Shown: positions 13,792-26,896, numbered from the stretch's first letter. The stretch is DNA of 64,000 nucleotides from Felis catus (GCF_018350175.1 NC_058368.1:43588001-43652000), one strand, 5' to 3'. Notes: generated by a model not told the origin, from the letters alone. Made by a program: numbers and translations.

Positions 13792-14003
13792 GGGGCGCCT
13801 GGGTGGCTCAGTCGGTTGAGCATCTGACTTCACCTCAGGTCATGATCTCACACTCCGTGAGTTTGAGCCCCGCATTGGGCTCTGACAGCTCAGAGCCTGG
13901 AGCCCGCTTCAGATTCTATGTCTCCCACTCTCTCTGCCCCTCCTCTGTTCATGCTCTGTCTCTGTCTCAAAAATAAATAAAAACATTAAAAAAATTTTAA
14001 AAA
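13792..14003 (+). mobile_element. Can-SINE, first of a tandem pair
   Basis: SINEC body; flanked by AAGAATAAATGCTACTTGG at 13775-13793 and 14004-14022. Confidence 0.95.
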
Positions 14004-14022
14004 AAGAATAAATGCTACTTGG

Positions 14023-14224
14023 GGGAGGGGGCACCTGAGTGGCTCAGTGGGTTAAGCATCTGACTCTTGATTTTGGCTATGGTCATGATCTGCAGGTTCC
14101 TGAGATGGGGCCCACATTGGACTATGCACTGACAGTACAGAATCTTGGGATTCTGTGTCTCCCTTTCTCTCTGCCTCTCTCTCTTTCTCTCTCTCTCTCA
14201 AAATAAATAAACTCAAAAAAAAAA
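14023..14224 (+). mobile_element. Can-SINE, older subtype, second of the pair
   Basis: GACTCTTGATTTTGGC subtype motif; third target copy AAGAAGAAATGCTACTTGG at 14225-14243. Confidence 0.93.
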
Positions 14225-14369
14225 AAGAAGAAATGCTACTTGGCCATAATAAATACCTTTTTTAGAAATGTTGGACTCCAGTAGCATTAAAAATTTCAAA
14301 AATAACATGGGTTTTGGAAAAACAATCAAATTTTTAAAAATGCAAATAACTTATTGCCTTTGCTGATTA

Positions 14370-14735
14370 TTTTTACTGAAGTATAGTTGACATAAAATGT
14401 TATAGTAGTTTCAGGTGTACAACACAGTGATTCGACAGTTCTGTATTCACCATGACAAGTGTAGTTACCTTCTGTCATAATAAAACATTACTACAATATT
14501 ATTGACTAGAGGGCATAATACTAAGTGAAATAAATCAGAGAAAGACAAATACCATATGATTTCACTTAATTGTGGAATCTAAACAAACAAACAAACAGAG
14601 ACGGAATCATAAATACAGAGAACAAACTAGTGGTTGCCAGAGGCCTTGGGGATGAAGGGCAGAAGAGATGAAGGGGATTGAGAGGTACAAATTTCCAGTT
14701 ACAAAATAAATAAGTCACAGTATGAGAAGTACAGC
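14370..14735 (-). mobile_element. Short 5'-inverted carnivore L1 3' UTR insertion
   Basis: 14370-14508 is the L1 terminus on minus; 14507-14735 is the upstream 3' UTR on plus (CTAAGTGAAATAAATCAGAGAAAGACAAATACC). Confidence 0.75.
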
Positions 14736-15500
14736 TTTTACTGGTGTCTGATAAGTCTTTTCACTCATATACCTAGATTTAAATGGCCAAGCAAATCATT
14801 ATTAACAATATGTATTTTTCTTAATCAGAATTTAGTGGTCTTTACCATGATATTTATTCCATAACTAATAGAGATGCTGAATAATAAAAGATATATTATT
14901 ACATGTCAAATTGTGCATTTCAAAGGAATATATGCAAAATTCTAGTTTCCTTTATAAAAGAAATAACTATTGATATGTTTTTGTATATGAATAAAATGCA
15001 TTTTATCTTAATTTTTCTGTAAAATAATAATTGATGTATTTGCATCACCTTGACAGTCTTCATCAAATTATTCTTAGTGTACAGAGGAAGAAGTACAGCA
15101 AACAAAGGAGACCAGATGCCTAGAGAAGACAAATAATGGGTGCCACTAAGTGTAGGTTGTATAAAACCCTTTGAGAATTATAATTATGACCTCATAACTA
15201 TTGATACAGGCTCAAAACATTCAGAAATAGGAAGGGATTTTTCAAAGATTATATGTATAATAAGAGAGTCAGAGACTGAACCCAAGCTTTTTGGTCACTT
15301 TCCAGTGACCATTGTATGATTCTGCTTCCTGTTTCTTTGCTTAGTGCACTTTTTATAAGGCATTCTAAATGTATCTGAACCTCACATCTCAGGAGATGCA
15401 AAACAAAAAATGCAAATTACATGATACAATTTCCCATTCTAGGGATTTACTTTATGGGGGTAAATAGTCTCACTTTCTCAGATGCTAAGTAGGGGTTTTA

Positions 15501-15586
15501 TATATAGTTTAGTATGATATGACATTATAACACACAGTTCAATTATATAGTTTAGTATGATATGACATAATAACACACAGTTCAAT
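15501..15586. repeat. 43-bp tandem duplication
   Basis: TATATAGTTTAGTATGATATGACAT(T/A)ATAACACACAGTTCAAT twice, 1 mismatch. Confidence 0.95.
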
Positions 15587-16859
15587 TATGGTATGATATA
15601 AATGTTAATAGTTTAGCCATTAATGTTTTATTGAACAGTAATAAAAACAATGAGATATGAGAAATACAAGTTATTCATAACTTATAAAGATTGTATTTCC
15701 CTTGTGCCTCCTTTATCAGTTAAAATTGTTGTAGCTTACAACTTTTCCCTTTTGCTTTGGGCTGTTTGTAGGCACTTCTTTTGCAGTGATTAAAGTGCTA
15801 GTTTTTACTGAATCCATTAAAGAGAAAGTGACTAATTATGAGCATTAACAGTAAAGATTATGGGAAGGACAATATGTTTCGTTGTGAATGCAGAAAACCA
15901 CTGTGTTAAAGCTGTAATCTGAAATAAATGATGTAACATGTAATAGATAACCAAAAATATTCATAGAGGAGAAACACAGGCTATTATCTATGAAAACAAT
16001 AAAGAAATCAGATAGGAAATATTGAAAAAAAAACAGTTTTAATTATCTTGTTCAGTCTTGGATGGCTGCTAGAGAGCCGATAAGAGCTAGAATAGTCTGC
16101 TTCTCCCATCTCATCCCCTGAGACTCCCTTACATACTGTGTCATCTCCCAATACAGAGTCATCTGTTTGCTGCCTGCTCATGATGCCCTCCCTCCTCCTC
16201 TTCCTCTGCCCAAAGCAGTTGTAATTCTTTAGTGTAGAATTCAAAAGGCTTATTTTTTATAAGCATCCTAACACTGTAATTCATTAATTCTACTGAAAAA
16301 AGATGCACCTTAATACTTATTATATATTCTATTGTAACTATTAAATTATCTTTGTCATAAAACTTCCCTTGAGATCAGAAACACTGTGTTGTAAACCAAT
16401 ATATCCCCAGAATCTAGCACAATTCTAGATATTTAGTAATGATTTAGTAGTTAAAAAATAACTATTTGCCATATTTTATAACATTTGATATTAAGATGAT
16501 GTTCTGATTAGTAGAGAAATACAATCTGATATTTTAGAAAAGTTTAAAAATAAAACTATTACTATTAAATATTCAAATAGCTAAAAATGTGCAATGCTGT
16601 AAACATAAAATACTCTTTAGAAATATGTGCAGTATAATTAGAGCTAGAGAAATAATCATAGAAAAGTCACTTGATCAAATACTGAAAGAGCTAGGTAAGA
16701 CAATTATTCAAAAGTAAAACAAAGTTATTTCAAATCCTCAAACAGAAAAAAATATATAAAGAATACAAGGAAGAATTTATTAGAAAGAAATTAGGCTAAC
16801 TCACTGAGTTCAAGGAAAGCTTATGTAATAATGTCTATACCAACTGTGTTGAAAATACA

Positions 16860-17095
16860 ATTCCTGGAACAAGAATGGAAGCAGGGAGAACACTAGAGGT
16901 TATTTAAATACAACAGTGAAAAAAATAACTGCTGGAAATGGGGACGCTAATAAGAGGTCAAATTCTTTATGTATTTTGAAGGTAGAACCAACAGCGTATC
17001 CTGACAAATGCAGTGTAAAGTGTGAGAGAGAGAAAAGACTCATGAGTTCAGGGTTTTTGGCCTGATAACTGTAAGCATGGATTTGCCATGAGGTT
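16860..17095 (-). mobile_element. L2 remnant
   Basis: TATTTTGAAGGTAGAACCAACAG and GGTTTTTGGCCTGA motifs of reverse L2a. Confidence 0.65.
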
Positions 17096-17527
17096 AGATG
17101 TGCCAGAATGTAAAATGAATAATTTTGAAGAATGCCGAGGGCTGATGATGTTAGATGATGAGTAGAAATGATAGTGGGAATCCCCTGGAGTCTTCTATTT
17201 AATTTTTGGGGGGAGTGGGAAACAAAATTGTCACTTGGGAGTAGAGCAGAGGAGGAAGTGACGAAGGTTTGGAGAGAGAGGAGAGGTGAGTGTGAAATAG
17301 TTTTAAAGTAGAGGAGAAAGGAATACAGAAGTGAATTGCGGGCTCAGTGTCCATAATTACACAATTAAAGAGACAATAGATAGATTGGTTCTATTTCTCT
17401 TTTCACATGTAAATAATTAATGGAGGGTCAGAGTAGCTTCAGATCAGATGTTGCTAAAATTGTGATTCTACGCAGCAGATATGACAAAATGAGAATAAAG
17501 AGAAGAGACAAGGGACGTGATGGTATT

Positions 17528-18032
17528 TTATGTATGTATGTATGTATGTATTTATTTATTTATTTAATTCATTTATTTATTTATGTACTTATTTACTTAT
17601 TTACTTATTTATTTTTATTCTCATGTTGGATAACATACAATGTAGTCTTGGCTTCAAGAATAGAATCCAGTGATTCATCACTTATATACAATACCAAATG
17701 CTCATCCCAACAAGTGCCCTCCTTAATGCCCATCACCAATTTACCCCACCCCCATCAACCTTCACTTTATCCTTTAAAAGTCTCCTGGGGCGCCTGGGTG
17801 GTGCAGTCGGTTAAGCGTCCGACTTCAGCCAGGTCACGATCTCGCGGTCCATGAGTTCGAGCCCCGCATCGGGCTCTGGGCTGATGGCTCAGAGCCTAGA
17901 GCCTGTTTCCGATTCTGTGTCTCCCTCTCTCTCTGCCCCTCCCCCGTTCATGCTCTGTCTCTCTCTGTCCCAAAAATAAATAAACGTTGAAAAAAAATTA
18001 AAAAATAAAAGTCTCTTATGGTTTGCCTCCCT
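17528..18032 (-). mobile_element. Carnivore L1 3' fragment with (TATG)/(TATT)n tail, split by a SINE
   Basis: GCTCATCCCAACAAGTGCCCTCCTTAATGCCCATCACC; resumes after the SINE as GTCTCTTATGGTTTGCCTCCC. Confidence 0.85.
17787..18005 (+). mobile_element. Young felid Can-SINE nested in an L1 fragment
   Basis: TSD TAAAAGTCTC at 17775-17784 and 18006-18015. Confidence 0.96.
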
Positions 18033-19258
18033 AGAAGGGGATTATTATAATCAATGACCAGACTATGCCCTAGGTTTGAAAGAAAGAAGTTTTCAAAGAG
18101 GTGAGAGACAGTGAAAAATGTAATTATTAATGCATGTAAGTGCTATATATCAAACATTTTGTTGGTGTTTAGACACTAGAGGATACAATCTGGAAGGATA
18201 AGAGGTGGGGTCAGAGAATATGTAACAATTTTATATGCAGCAATTTTAAATCTATAGATCTATACTAATTTTAAAAAATGATTATCCTTCTCAAGAGCTT
18301 TTCAGCAATACATTAATAAAATGAATACTACAGATTTTTGGTCTTTTTTTATATTTGTGCTTGTGAATATACATAGGTTTGCATACATATTTGATGAAGA
18401 TGAGGTATGAAGAAGAAAAATTGTGAATATTGATCTCCACATTTCTGAGATTTCATGTTAGATTCATGCAACATTTAGGTGATGAATCAGCCCTCCATTT
18501 TAAAAAGGGTTATTCGTTGAGACAGTGAAATATTTTTATTAAAAATATATATATATATACTTGTATAGGCATAAGGAAAGTAAAATTTTCCTATTCTTTA
18601 TTCTTTTGGAATAAAGAAGATAAACCATATTATATGGAGGACAGCACTTCTTTTAAGTTAAAGGTCACAATTTACTCAACAGACAAGGGAATTTCATCTT
18701 CCTCAAAATTCGTTTTTTAAGCTTAGAGACCATGAAGAGCTATGATTCATGTTGCCACAGTAGAGTGGCTTGTGATGTATCTGAATTTCAACAATATGTT
18801 TTTGAACTAATCCAGAAAAGTAAGTTACAAACCTTGAAGTCAGATTGAAAACAGCTGTCATTTGGTGGGGGCGGGAATCAAAGCTGTGAGAGGAAAAAAA
18901 TTCTCCTCTACATAATAAGTAAATACTACCTTACTGCCTAATTAGCTTTTACTGAATCCAGTTTATGCTGCTCCACAGACTTGATAAAAAGAAAATCTTT
19001 TTTAAAAAAAAAGTAGTCTTGTATCTAAGTCATGGATTTTCAAGTTATTATTAATCAGCTAATTTTGATAACAAAATATTTATTTCATTTTGCTTAATCT
19101 GAAAAACCAAATAAAGTGAAAAAAAAAGATAGTTTTAATGTGAGCTTTTGAAAGTTCTAAACCATCAAAGAGGGGGAAAAATTCAAAGAAAAGATCTGTA
19201 AGACTCAATGCAAATTTTATAATATTTCCTTATTGTAACATTTTAAAGTGATTTCTCT

Positions 19259-19466
19259 GGGGACACCTGGGTGGCTCAGTCAGTTGACCATAACACTCTT
19301 GATTTCAGTTCAGGTCATGATCTCATGGTCGTGAGATCAAGCTCCACGTCGGGCTATGCACTGAGTGTGGAGCCTGCTTGGGAATCTCTCTCTCCCTTCT
19401 GTCTGCTTCTCTCCCCCTAGCGTGTGTGCATGTGCATTATCTTTCTCTCATAAAAATAAAAATAAA
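19259..19466 (+). mobile_element. Can-SINE, older subtype
   Basis: SINEC body; degenerate TSD ending TTTCTCTG. Confidence 0.9.
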
Positions 19467-19574
19467 AAGTTTTCTCTGAATAACAAAACACTAATTCATG
19501 TTGGACTGAAGACTAAGGAAATAACTTCCATTACTAAAGATACAGATGGTGGGCTTAAATGATGGCTGATTGAG

Positions 19575-19889
19575 TAACTACCTGATGGCTTTAGTATTCC
19601 GGAATCTTTCCATATATATTAACTCACTCCCTAACCTTGGTTCTATCCTTAAATTTATGGAAAGATGACTGCAGCAGTTCCAGGTATTATATCTAGATAT
19701 TAGAATATTCAGGGAAAGAAGAGAAAAGGCAGTGTTCAAAGGAAGAAGAGAATTGGCCTTTCCCCCTTGTGCCCTCTTAGAAATGCTGAACCTTTTCTTT
19801 CTTTCCCAGAATCTTCCCAGAAGCCTCATGTATCTGCTTGACTATTTCTGAGCCATTCGTTGGCAAGAATATTTAGAGTGTCCTTAGAC
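19575..19889 (-). mobile_element. Old MaLR LTR (MLT1J/K-like), interrupted by MER20
   Basis: AAGATGACTGCAGCAGTTCCAGG and TTTCCCAGAA motifs; boundaries approximate. Confidence 0.5.
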
Positions 19890-20107
19890 CAGTTGTTCTC
19901 ACCTGAGGGTGTTTTTGCTATTCAGGGAATATTTGACAATATCTGGATATGTTGTTTTGATTATCACAATTAGGGCAACACTACTGGCATCCAGTGAGTA
20001 GAAGCCAAAAATATTGCTAAACAACCTATACAATGTACCTGACAGCCCTCCATAACAAAGAATTGCCCAGATCACATTGTCAGTAATGCTAAGTTTGAAA
20101 AATCCTG
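19890..20107 (+). mobile_element. MER20 (hAT-Charlie)
   Basis: CAGTTGTTCTCA...CTACTGGCATCCAGTGAGTAGAAGCC...GAAAAATCCTG; 8-bp TSD CCTTAGAC/TCTTAGAA (6 of 8). Confidence 0.88.
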
Positions 20108-20966
20108 TCTTAGAATAATCAGGCCTACCCATAGAACTAAGGTTAACATCAGCTTCTAGCAAGGCACATGGGTGAGTGAGAGAAGAAGCTACACACAAAG
20201 AAAATTATAGTTCTTTTAGAAACAAATCTGCACAGTGAGGCCAAATGAACACCAATGCCACTACCCTCACCTAGTAGTAACAGGCACAATTATATAGTTG
20301 TATATTTGTATATGGTTTATAGTTAATTTTATAGTTGTATGGAGATAAGGCTCTCTACCTTCAGAAATCTGATTAAAAAGGCCATGATGGCTGACCTCAT
20401 GATATTTTAGTTATGGCTAGCTGATTGATGGATGTGCCATAAAAATGATATTTAAATACATTTAAAAGACCATGAAAAATATAGTGTTATCTTCACAGCT
20501 CTAATAAAGTATTGGCAATTGGGAACATATTAGTAATTTTCTTTTTCATTTTATAGCACAGCTATAGTTTAAAATAGAAAACTGTGTGTATTCATGCATA
20601 TGTATGTATGAACTTAAAATCATTTTTCTCTTCAAAGAGCCTGGGGTGTGAATTTCTTAAGGAAAAGGGTCATTCTTATTTTTAAGCCACCTACCATTCT
20701 TCACAGATTTTCTGTGCTTTTCATATAAGATATTAAATAATTGTTTTTGATAAAGAAGATTTGAAATATTTTATATTAACTTCATTTTAAATACCTTAGA
20801 ATAGTAATACATTTAAGATTGAGAAAGCATTTAATTAATACACAGTATTATACAATAATATGCAATGATGTTTATCAAGTGAAGTCAAAGTACATTTTAT
20901 AGAATTGAGATCATTTTTGTTTAACTCTAACATTATTCTAGCTTTTATCATACAATAATAACATTA

Positions 20967-23805
20967 CAAACAAACCTTTGAGATATTGAGTTTAGTTTTT
21001 GACCACCACAATAAAGCAAATATTGCAATAAGCCAAGTTAAATGAATTTCTTGGTTTCTCAGTGCGTATAAAATTTATGTTCACATTATACCATAGTTTA
21101 TTAAGTATGCTAAGCATTATTTTCAATAAAAAATGTACATACCTTAATTTAAAATATTTATTTGTAAAAAATGATAAACATCATCATAGTTTCTGGTAAG
21201 TCATAATCTTTTTGCTGTTGGAGTGTTTTGTCTGGATGTAATGGCTGCTGACTGATCAGGGTGGTGTTTGCTGAGGGTTGAGGTGGCAGTTTCTTAAATT
21301 AAGACAACAAATGAAGTTTGCCTCATAAATTGACCCTTCCTTTCATGAACAGTTTCTCTTTAGCATGGAAAGCTGTTTGATAGTGTTTTACCTGCATTAG
21401 AACTTCTTTCAAAACTGGAGTCAGTCTTTTCAAAACCTGCCACTGCTTATCAAACTAGTTTATGTAACATTCTAAATCCTTTGCTGTCATTACGACAATC
21501 TTTGTAAGTATCTTCACCAGGAGTAGATTCCATCTCAAGAAACCATTTTCTTTGATCATCCATAAGGAGCAAATCTTCAGCTGTTAAAGTTTTGTCATGA
21601 GTTTATGATGATTCAGTCATATCTTCAGGCTCCACTTCTAATTCTAGTTCTCTTGTTATTTTTACTGTATCTGCTATTACTTCTCCACTGAAGTCTTTAA
21701 CACCTATGGAGTTATTTTTAGAGAGTGTATTGTAAGCCCTGGGAAAATGGATAGGATAATTGCTGAAACGTCAGTGATGTTCTGGTCTCAAGGCTGTGGA
21801 ACGCCATAACACTATGAGTTCCAGAGCCACATGATCCCCCCGGAGCCAGTTAGGGAACAGAGCGACGGTAATTGCCTAGAAGTCCTTGAAACTGCACATC
21901 TCCCCTACATACTTTCATGTAAACACCAGATGTGTGTTTGGTCTATGTCTGGAGGCTCTTTGTGTTTTCCTCCCATGCTTTGACATTCTTTGATGTTTAT
22001 ACCTGGAGAACATGTGCAGTTTGATGCTGCTGCTCTTTCTCTGGTGGAGGCTGCCCTGCACGTCTGCTCAGTCTAAGTGTCTGAGAACTTTTTCTTCAGT
22101 GCGCAGCTACAAACACCTCAAAGTTATCCACAAGAGTTGAAATCAACTTCTCCTGAACTCCTGTATTAATATAAATATTAATATTTTAACCTCTTCCCAT
22201 GAATCACAGATGTTCTAAAAAGCATCTAAAATAGAGAATCCTTTCCAGAAGGTTTTCAACTTACTTTGCACAGATCCAGTAGCGTAATCACTGTCTGTGG
22301 CAGTTATAGTCTTATGAAATGTATTTCTTAGGTAATAAGACTTGAAACTAAAAATTATTCCTTGAACCATGGGCTGCAGAATGGATGTTAAGTTAGCAGG
22401 CATGAAACAACATTAATCCCATTGTACATATCCATCAGAGCCCTGAGTGACCAGGTACAATTTCAATGAGCAATAATATATTGAAAGGAATCTTTTTTTT
22501 TTTTTCCTGAGGACTAGTTCTCAACAGTGGCTTAAATTTTGTATTAAACCATGTTATAAACAGAAGTACTGTCACCCAGGCTCTGTTGTTCAATTTAGGG
22601 AGCAGAAGGCAGAGTAGATTTAGCATAATTCTTAACGGCCATCAGAATTTTAGAATGGCAAGTGAGAATTGGCTTCAACTTAAAGTCACCAGATGCATTC
22701 AACCTTATCAAGAGAGTCAGCAGCCTCTCTTTTGAAGCTTTGAAGCCAGGCATTGGCATTGACCTCTCCCTTCAGTGGAAGTCCTAAATGGCAACTTCTT
22801 CCAAGAAGGCTGTTTCTTATACCCTGGAAATCTGTTGTTTAGTGTAGCCACTTTCATTAATTACATTGGCTAGATCTTCTGGCTAATTTGCTTTAGCTCC
22901 TAAATCAGCCTTTGCTGCTTCACCTTGCATTTCTGTGTTCATGAGGGTGGCTTTTTTCCTTAAATCTCATGAATCAATCTCTGGTAGCTTCAAACTTTTC
23001 TTCTGCAGCTTCCTCACCTCTCTCAGTCTTCATAGAAATTTTTTTTTCAGTCTTCATAGAATTGAAGAGAGTTTGGGCCTTGCTTGGATAAGGCTTTGGT
23101 TTAAGGAAATGTTGTGGCTGATTTGATCTTCTATCCAGACCGCTGAAACTTTCTTTATATCAGCAATAGGTTGCTTTGATTTTTTATCATCCGTGTGTTC
23201 ACTGGAGTATCACTTTTAATTTCCTTCAAGAAGCTTTCCTTTGCATTCACAGCTTGGCTGTTTGGTGCAAGAGGCCCGGATTTCAGCCTGTCTCTACTTT
23301 CGACATGCCTTTCTCAGAAAGCTTAATCATTTCTAGCTTTTGATTTAAAGTGAGAATTGTGCAACTCTTTCACCTGAACACTTAGAGGCCATTGTAGAGT
23401 TAATAATCAGCTTAACTGCATAATTATTATGTCTCAGGTAATAAATAGGGAGGCCTGAGGAGAAGATGAAAGACAGGGAAATGGCCAGTCAATGGACCAG
23501 TCAGAACACATACAACATTTATCAATTAAATTTTCCATCTTATGTGGGCATGATTTGTGGTATCCCAAAACAATTATGGTAATGACATCAAAGATTACTG
23601 ATCACAGATTATCATAACAAATATAAAATTATTGAAAATTTTTGAAATATTGTGAGAATTACCAAAATATGACACAGACATGAAGTGAGAAAATGCTGTT
23701 GGAAAAATAGCACCAGTAAACTGCTTGACATAAGCTTCCCACAAACCTTCACTTTGTAAAAAATACCACAATACATATGAAGGGCAGTAAAACAACATGT
23801 GGCTT
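20967..23805 (-). mobile_element. Tigger1 DNA transposon, near full length, decayed transposase
   Basis: Both termini recognisable with flanking TA; remnants [15 protein letters not shown] (22215-22403) and LLLIEIVPGH (22435-22626) match pogo/Tigger DDE motifs with catalytic Asp residues lost. Confidence 0.93.
21705..22111. mobile_element. 407-bp solo-LTR-like insertion in Tigger1, family not recognised
   Basis: Interrupts Tigger1 cleanly; ends TAT (inferred TGT) and CTACA; direct repeat AACACC at 21699-21704 and 22112-22117. Confidence 0.7.
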
Positions 23806-24047
23806 TATAGAACTCCAAAGCCAGAAGAACACTTTAAATAACACTCACAAGAAAACTGTGGCTCAGGGAGATTAGTTAATTTTTTTCTAGATACTACATC
23901 TAGACTAATAGAGACAAAAATTATAATCTCAGAGCTGTTATCTCATTCATATCCTGCTGCTCAAATTTTCTGGTCATCTCGTTGGAATGCAAGGTAGGAT
24001 GTAGAAAAATAAAAGCTGGAGATAAAGAAATTTGTACAGCATCTTAC

Positions 24048-24126
24048 ATTTGAGAATTCTCGATGACGGATATGCACAAAGGAATGCTCCTAGTCCTTAA
24101 CGATGCCAGTGATAGGTTTTGCAGAA
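24048..24126 (-). other. Candidate 79-bp exon
   Basis: Acceptor TTTATTGTCGTTGTTTTGTTAG, donor AT|GTAAGA, 4 CpG in about 90 bp, one open frame LQNLSLASLRTRSIPLCISVIENSQ. Confidence 0.35.
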
Positions 24127-26194
24127 CTAACAAAACAACGACAATAAATTATATGGGACATTTCCTAGAGTCCACTAGCAAATTTAGCAATCATACCTCC
24201 CCAGATTACTGTTAAGATATGAAATTATTATTTTTACATGACAGGTAAATAACCCGTTTCCTTTAATTAGACTAGATTAAGAGAAGTGAAGTGCTTTTGA
24301 AAATAGCAGTGGAATGGAATGGTGTCTTTCATCAAGAGCTGAATCCTGTTAATGTCTTATGCTGTCTAGTTACCATGACAAATAGGTTGTGGTACATGCA
24401 CACTTTAATTATTAACACTGAAATCTGCTGAAATTGAAGTATTGCTCTCAGTAAGAGCTATTACTGCTGAAATGACCCATTTAATAGTGACCCATGGTAT
24501 CAAAGTATGGATTTAAATTGGTAATTAATAACAGTCCATTTCTGAAAATGTTAACACAGGAGTTCAATAAAAATGCTAACTAGGTCTCAAATACCACAGA
24601 CAGTGTATTGACATATTAATATTTATTATTTATGTTAAACACTTTGGAGATTTAGGTATGAAACAAGATGATAACGGGAAAAGTGTTTCCTAACTAGTGT
24701 TCAAGGAATCAGTTAGTAAATTTAGTGGATTGGTTAACCTTTTTTTTTTTTTAATTTTTATATCCAGAATTCTTCACATAAGAATTTCTCTTATTACATT
24801 CTACGGTATGTGAAATAATCAGTAAAAGGAAGTGAAAAAAATTTAAATGCAACAGCGTGACACTGAGGAGGAATTTTGGAGTAATTGAATGGCAGCTGTG
24901 TTGTCCAAGTCCCATATAATAATTAGCTGCCCCACACCTACCCTTTTCATTTTATGCCTTATCAAAATAATATAAAGCTCCATGATCAATTATATTATGA
25001 AATAACATTTTAAATGATATATTGATAGAAATAAAAAACAAATGAAGTAAATTTTTATAATGAAACATACCTAGAGCAGCATGATATTTCCAGTCACTAA
25101 TATGTGGTTGGAATGCATTTATTGATATTTGGTGTGATTTACTTAAATTGGATTATCTTAAGCTGACATTAAAATAGAATTGTTTTCTGAATATATTGAT
25201 TGACAGCATCCTAAATGTTAGAAAAGGTTAAGAGAAAAGAATGTGTGATATATAATTTTTTAAAAGGTAATTTAAAAACTGCAACTTCCACCTGAGAATA
25301 AATGTGTACTATATTATTTCAGTTATGGTGAATATAAAAATATGTTTAATGATACCATTCATCATCACTTAGGTTAAATTGAAATAAAAATGGCAGAAAA
25401 ATTTCAACAAAACTTAGGTCAAATTTCAATATATTTTGTTCAATGGGATTGTTAGTATCTAGGTTAACATGTAAGAAAATAATATATGGTAGAAACATTT
25501 CATAGTACTTTGAAAGTTAAGTACACACACACACACATACACACTCACTCATACATGCACATTTTAATAAAAAATAGTTTTAAAACCAGAACATTACTTA
25601 GCAACTAATCCCCTTCCTTAAGACGAACTGGATACTACAACAGCTACCATTAGAGATTTAAGTGTTGTCCTCAGGGAACTTATGCCTAAATCTGTGGTAT
25701 GCAAAGGTGTCTCAAATGACCTGTACCAAAGGTATTTCTTTGTTTAGCTTTGGCACTTGAGTTATACTTTTTCTATGCACTTAGTAGGTTAGTACAGTTG
25801 ACACAGGTCCACCTCTCCAGGTGATAGAATCACAGTGGCAACACATTATGCATGTCTTATTGTGATACTTTTCAAACAATGATGTTCTCTTTTTAATTTC
25901 ACTTCTGTGGCCCAGTCCCAAGGTCTTTTTTTTCCTGAAAGTAGTTAAAAATCTCTTTATTATAAATATGAGCATCTATATGAATATATTATGGTTAGAT
26001 TTCTGTAACCATTGTCTTCAAACATAAATCATAGCAGTGCCACGAATTTCAAATACTGTGTTGACGATTTTCTCTTGAAAAACTATGTGCTTAATGATCT
26101 ATATGATGAGGTCTGAAACTTGGAATATTCCAAATTGACTTTGAATCGAAGTTGCTCTCAACACATTGGGTAGAAAACATTTGCCTTACTAGTA

Positions 26195-26197
<3 letters not shown>

Positions 26198-26245
<48 letters not shown>

Positions 26246-26253
26246 ACACACAG
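26198..26253. repeat. (CA)n microsatellite
   Basis: Seen directly. Confidence 0.97.
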
Positions 26254-26896
26254 TAATACTAAAATAGTTCAGTGAGATTATGATTTCGTCAAATGCTGTA
26301 GCAGTATGTGTTTATTTGTTTATACCTCCTGAAATAGTAGTATAGTAAATTCTCTTAAGGGATGCTGGTGAAGGAAGAATAATGAATGAAAAATACACCT
26401 TTTAAAATCAATCGACTGACAGCCTTTTCTAGTTTTTTAGGAGATTTGGATTAATCTTCTCTGGATAATTGGCTAATTTTTATTAATATGATATGGTTAT
26501 CAAATTTGTGTATGAAACTTACAGTATCCCTTTCCTTTATCAAAAGAATTACACCATGGCTGTATACATAGAGATATGAATTGTTTTATTATAAAGTGAG
26601 AATAACTTGGAACTTTTACCTCAAAACTGTGAGGCAGACAAGGTAAAGTGAGAAGTAGAATTCTGTTTGATAGAATTGCACTTATAGGCCCATTTGTTTT
26701 CCTTAGTTGGATTACATTTTGCTGTAATTTAAAAGTTCTCGAAAGCCATCAGTTTGGCTGGTTGGCTGGTTGGCTGGTTGGCAGATCCATTGGTTGATTG
26801 ATGTGATGAAAGTATTTATGGTGTAACCATTCTGTATTAACAGACATCAGTATTTGAAGCATCATCTTTGTTTGAATTTCAACATCTCCAAGTCTT

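Noticed and set aside
21706..22111. Insert as a non-retroviral endogenous viral element or processed pseudogene
   Set aside because: No long ORF, no poly(A) tail, short TSD and a CA end fit an LTR better
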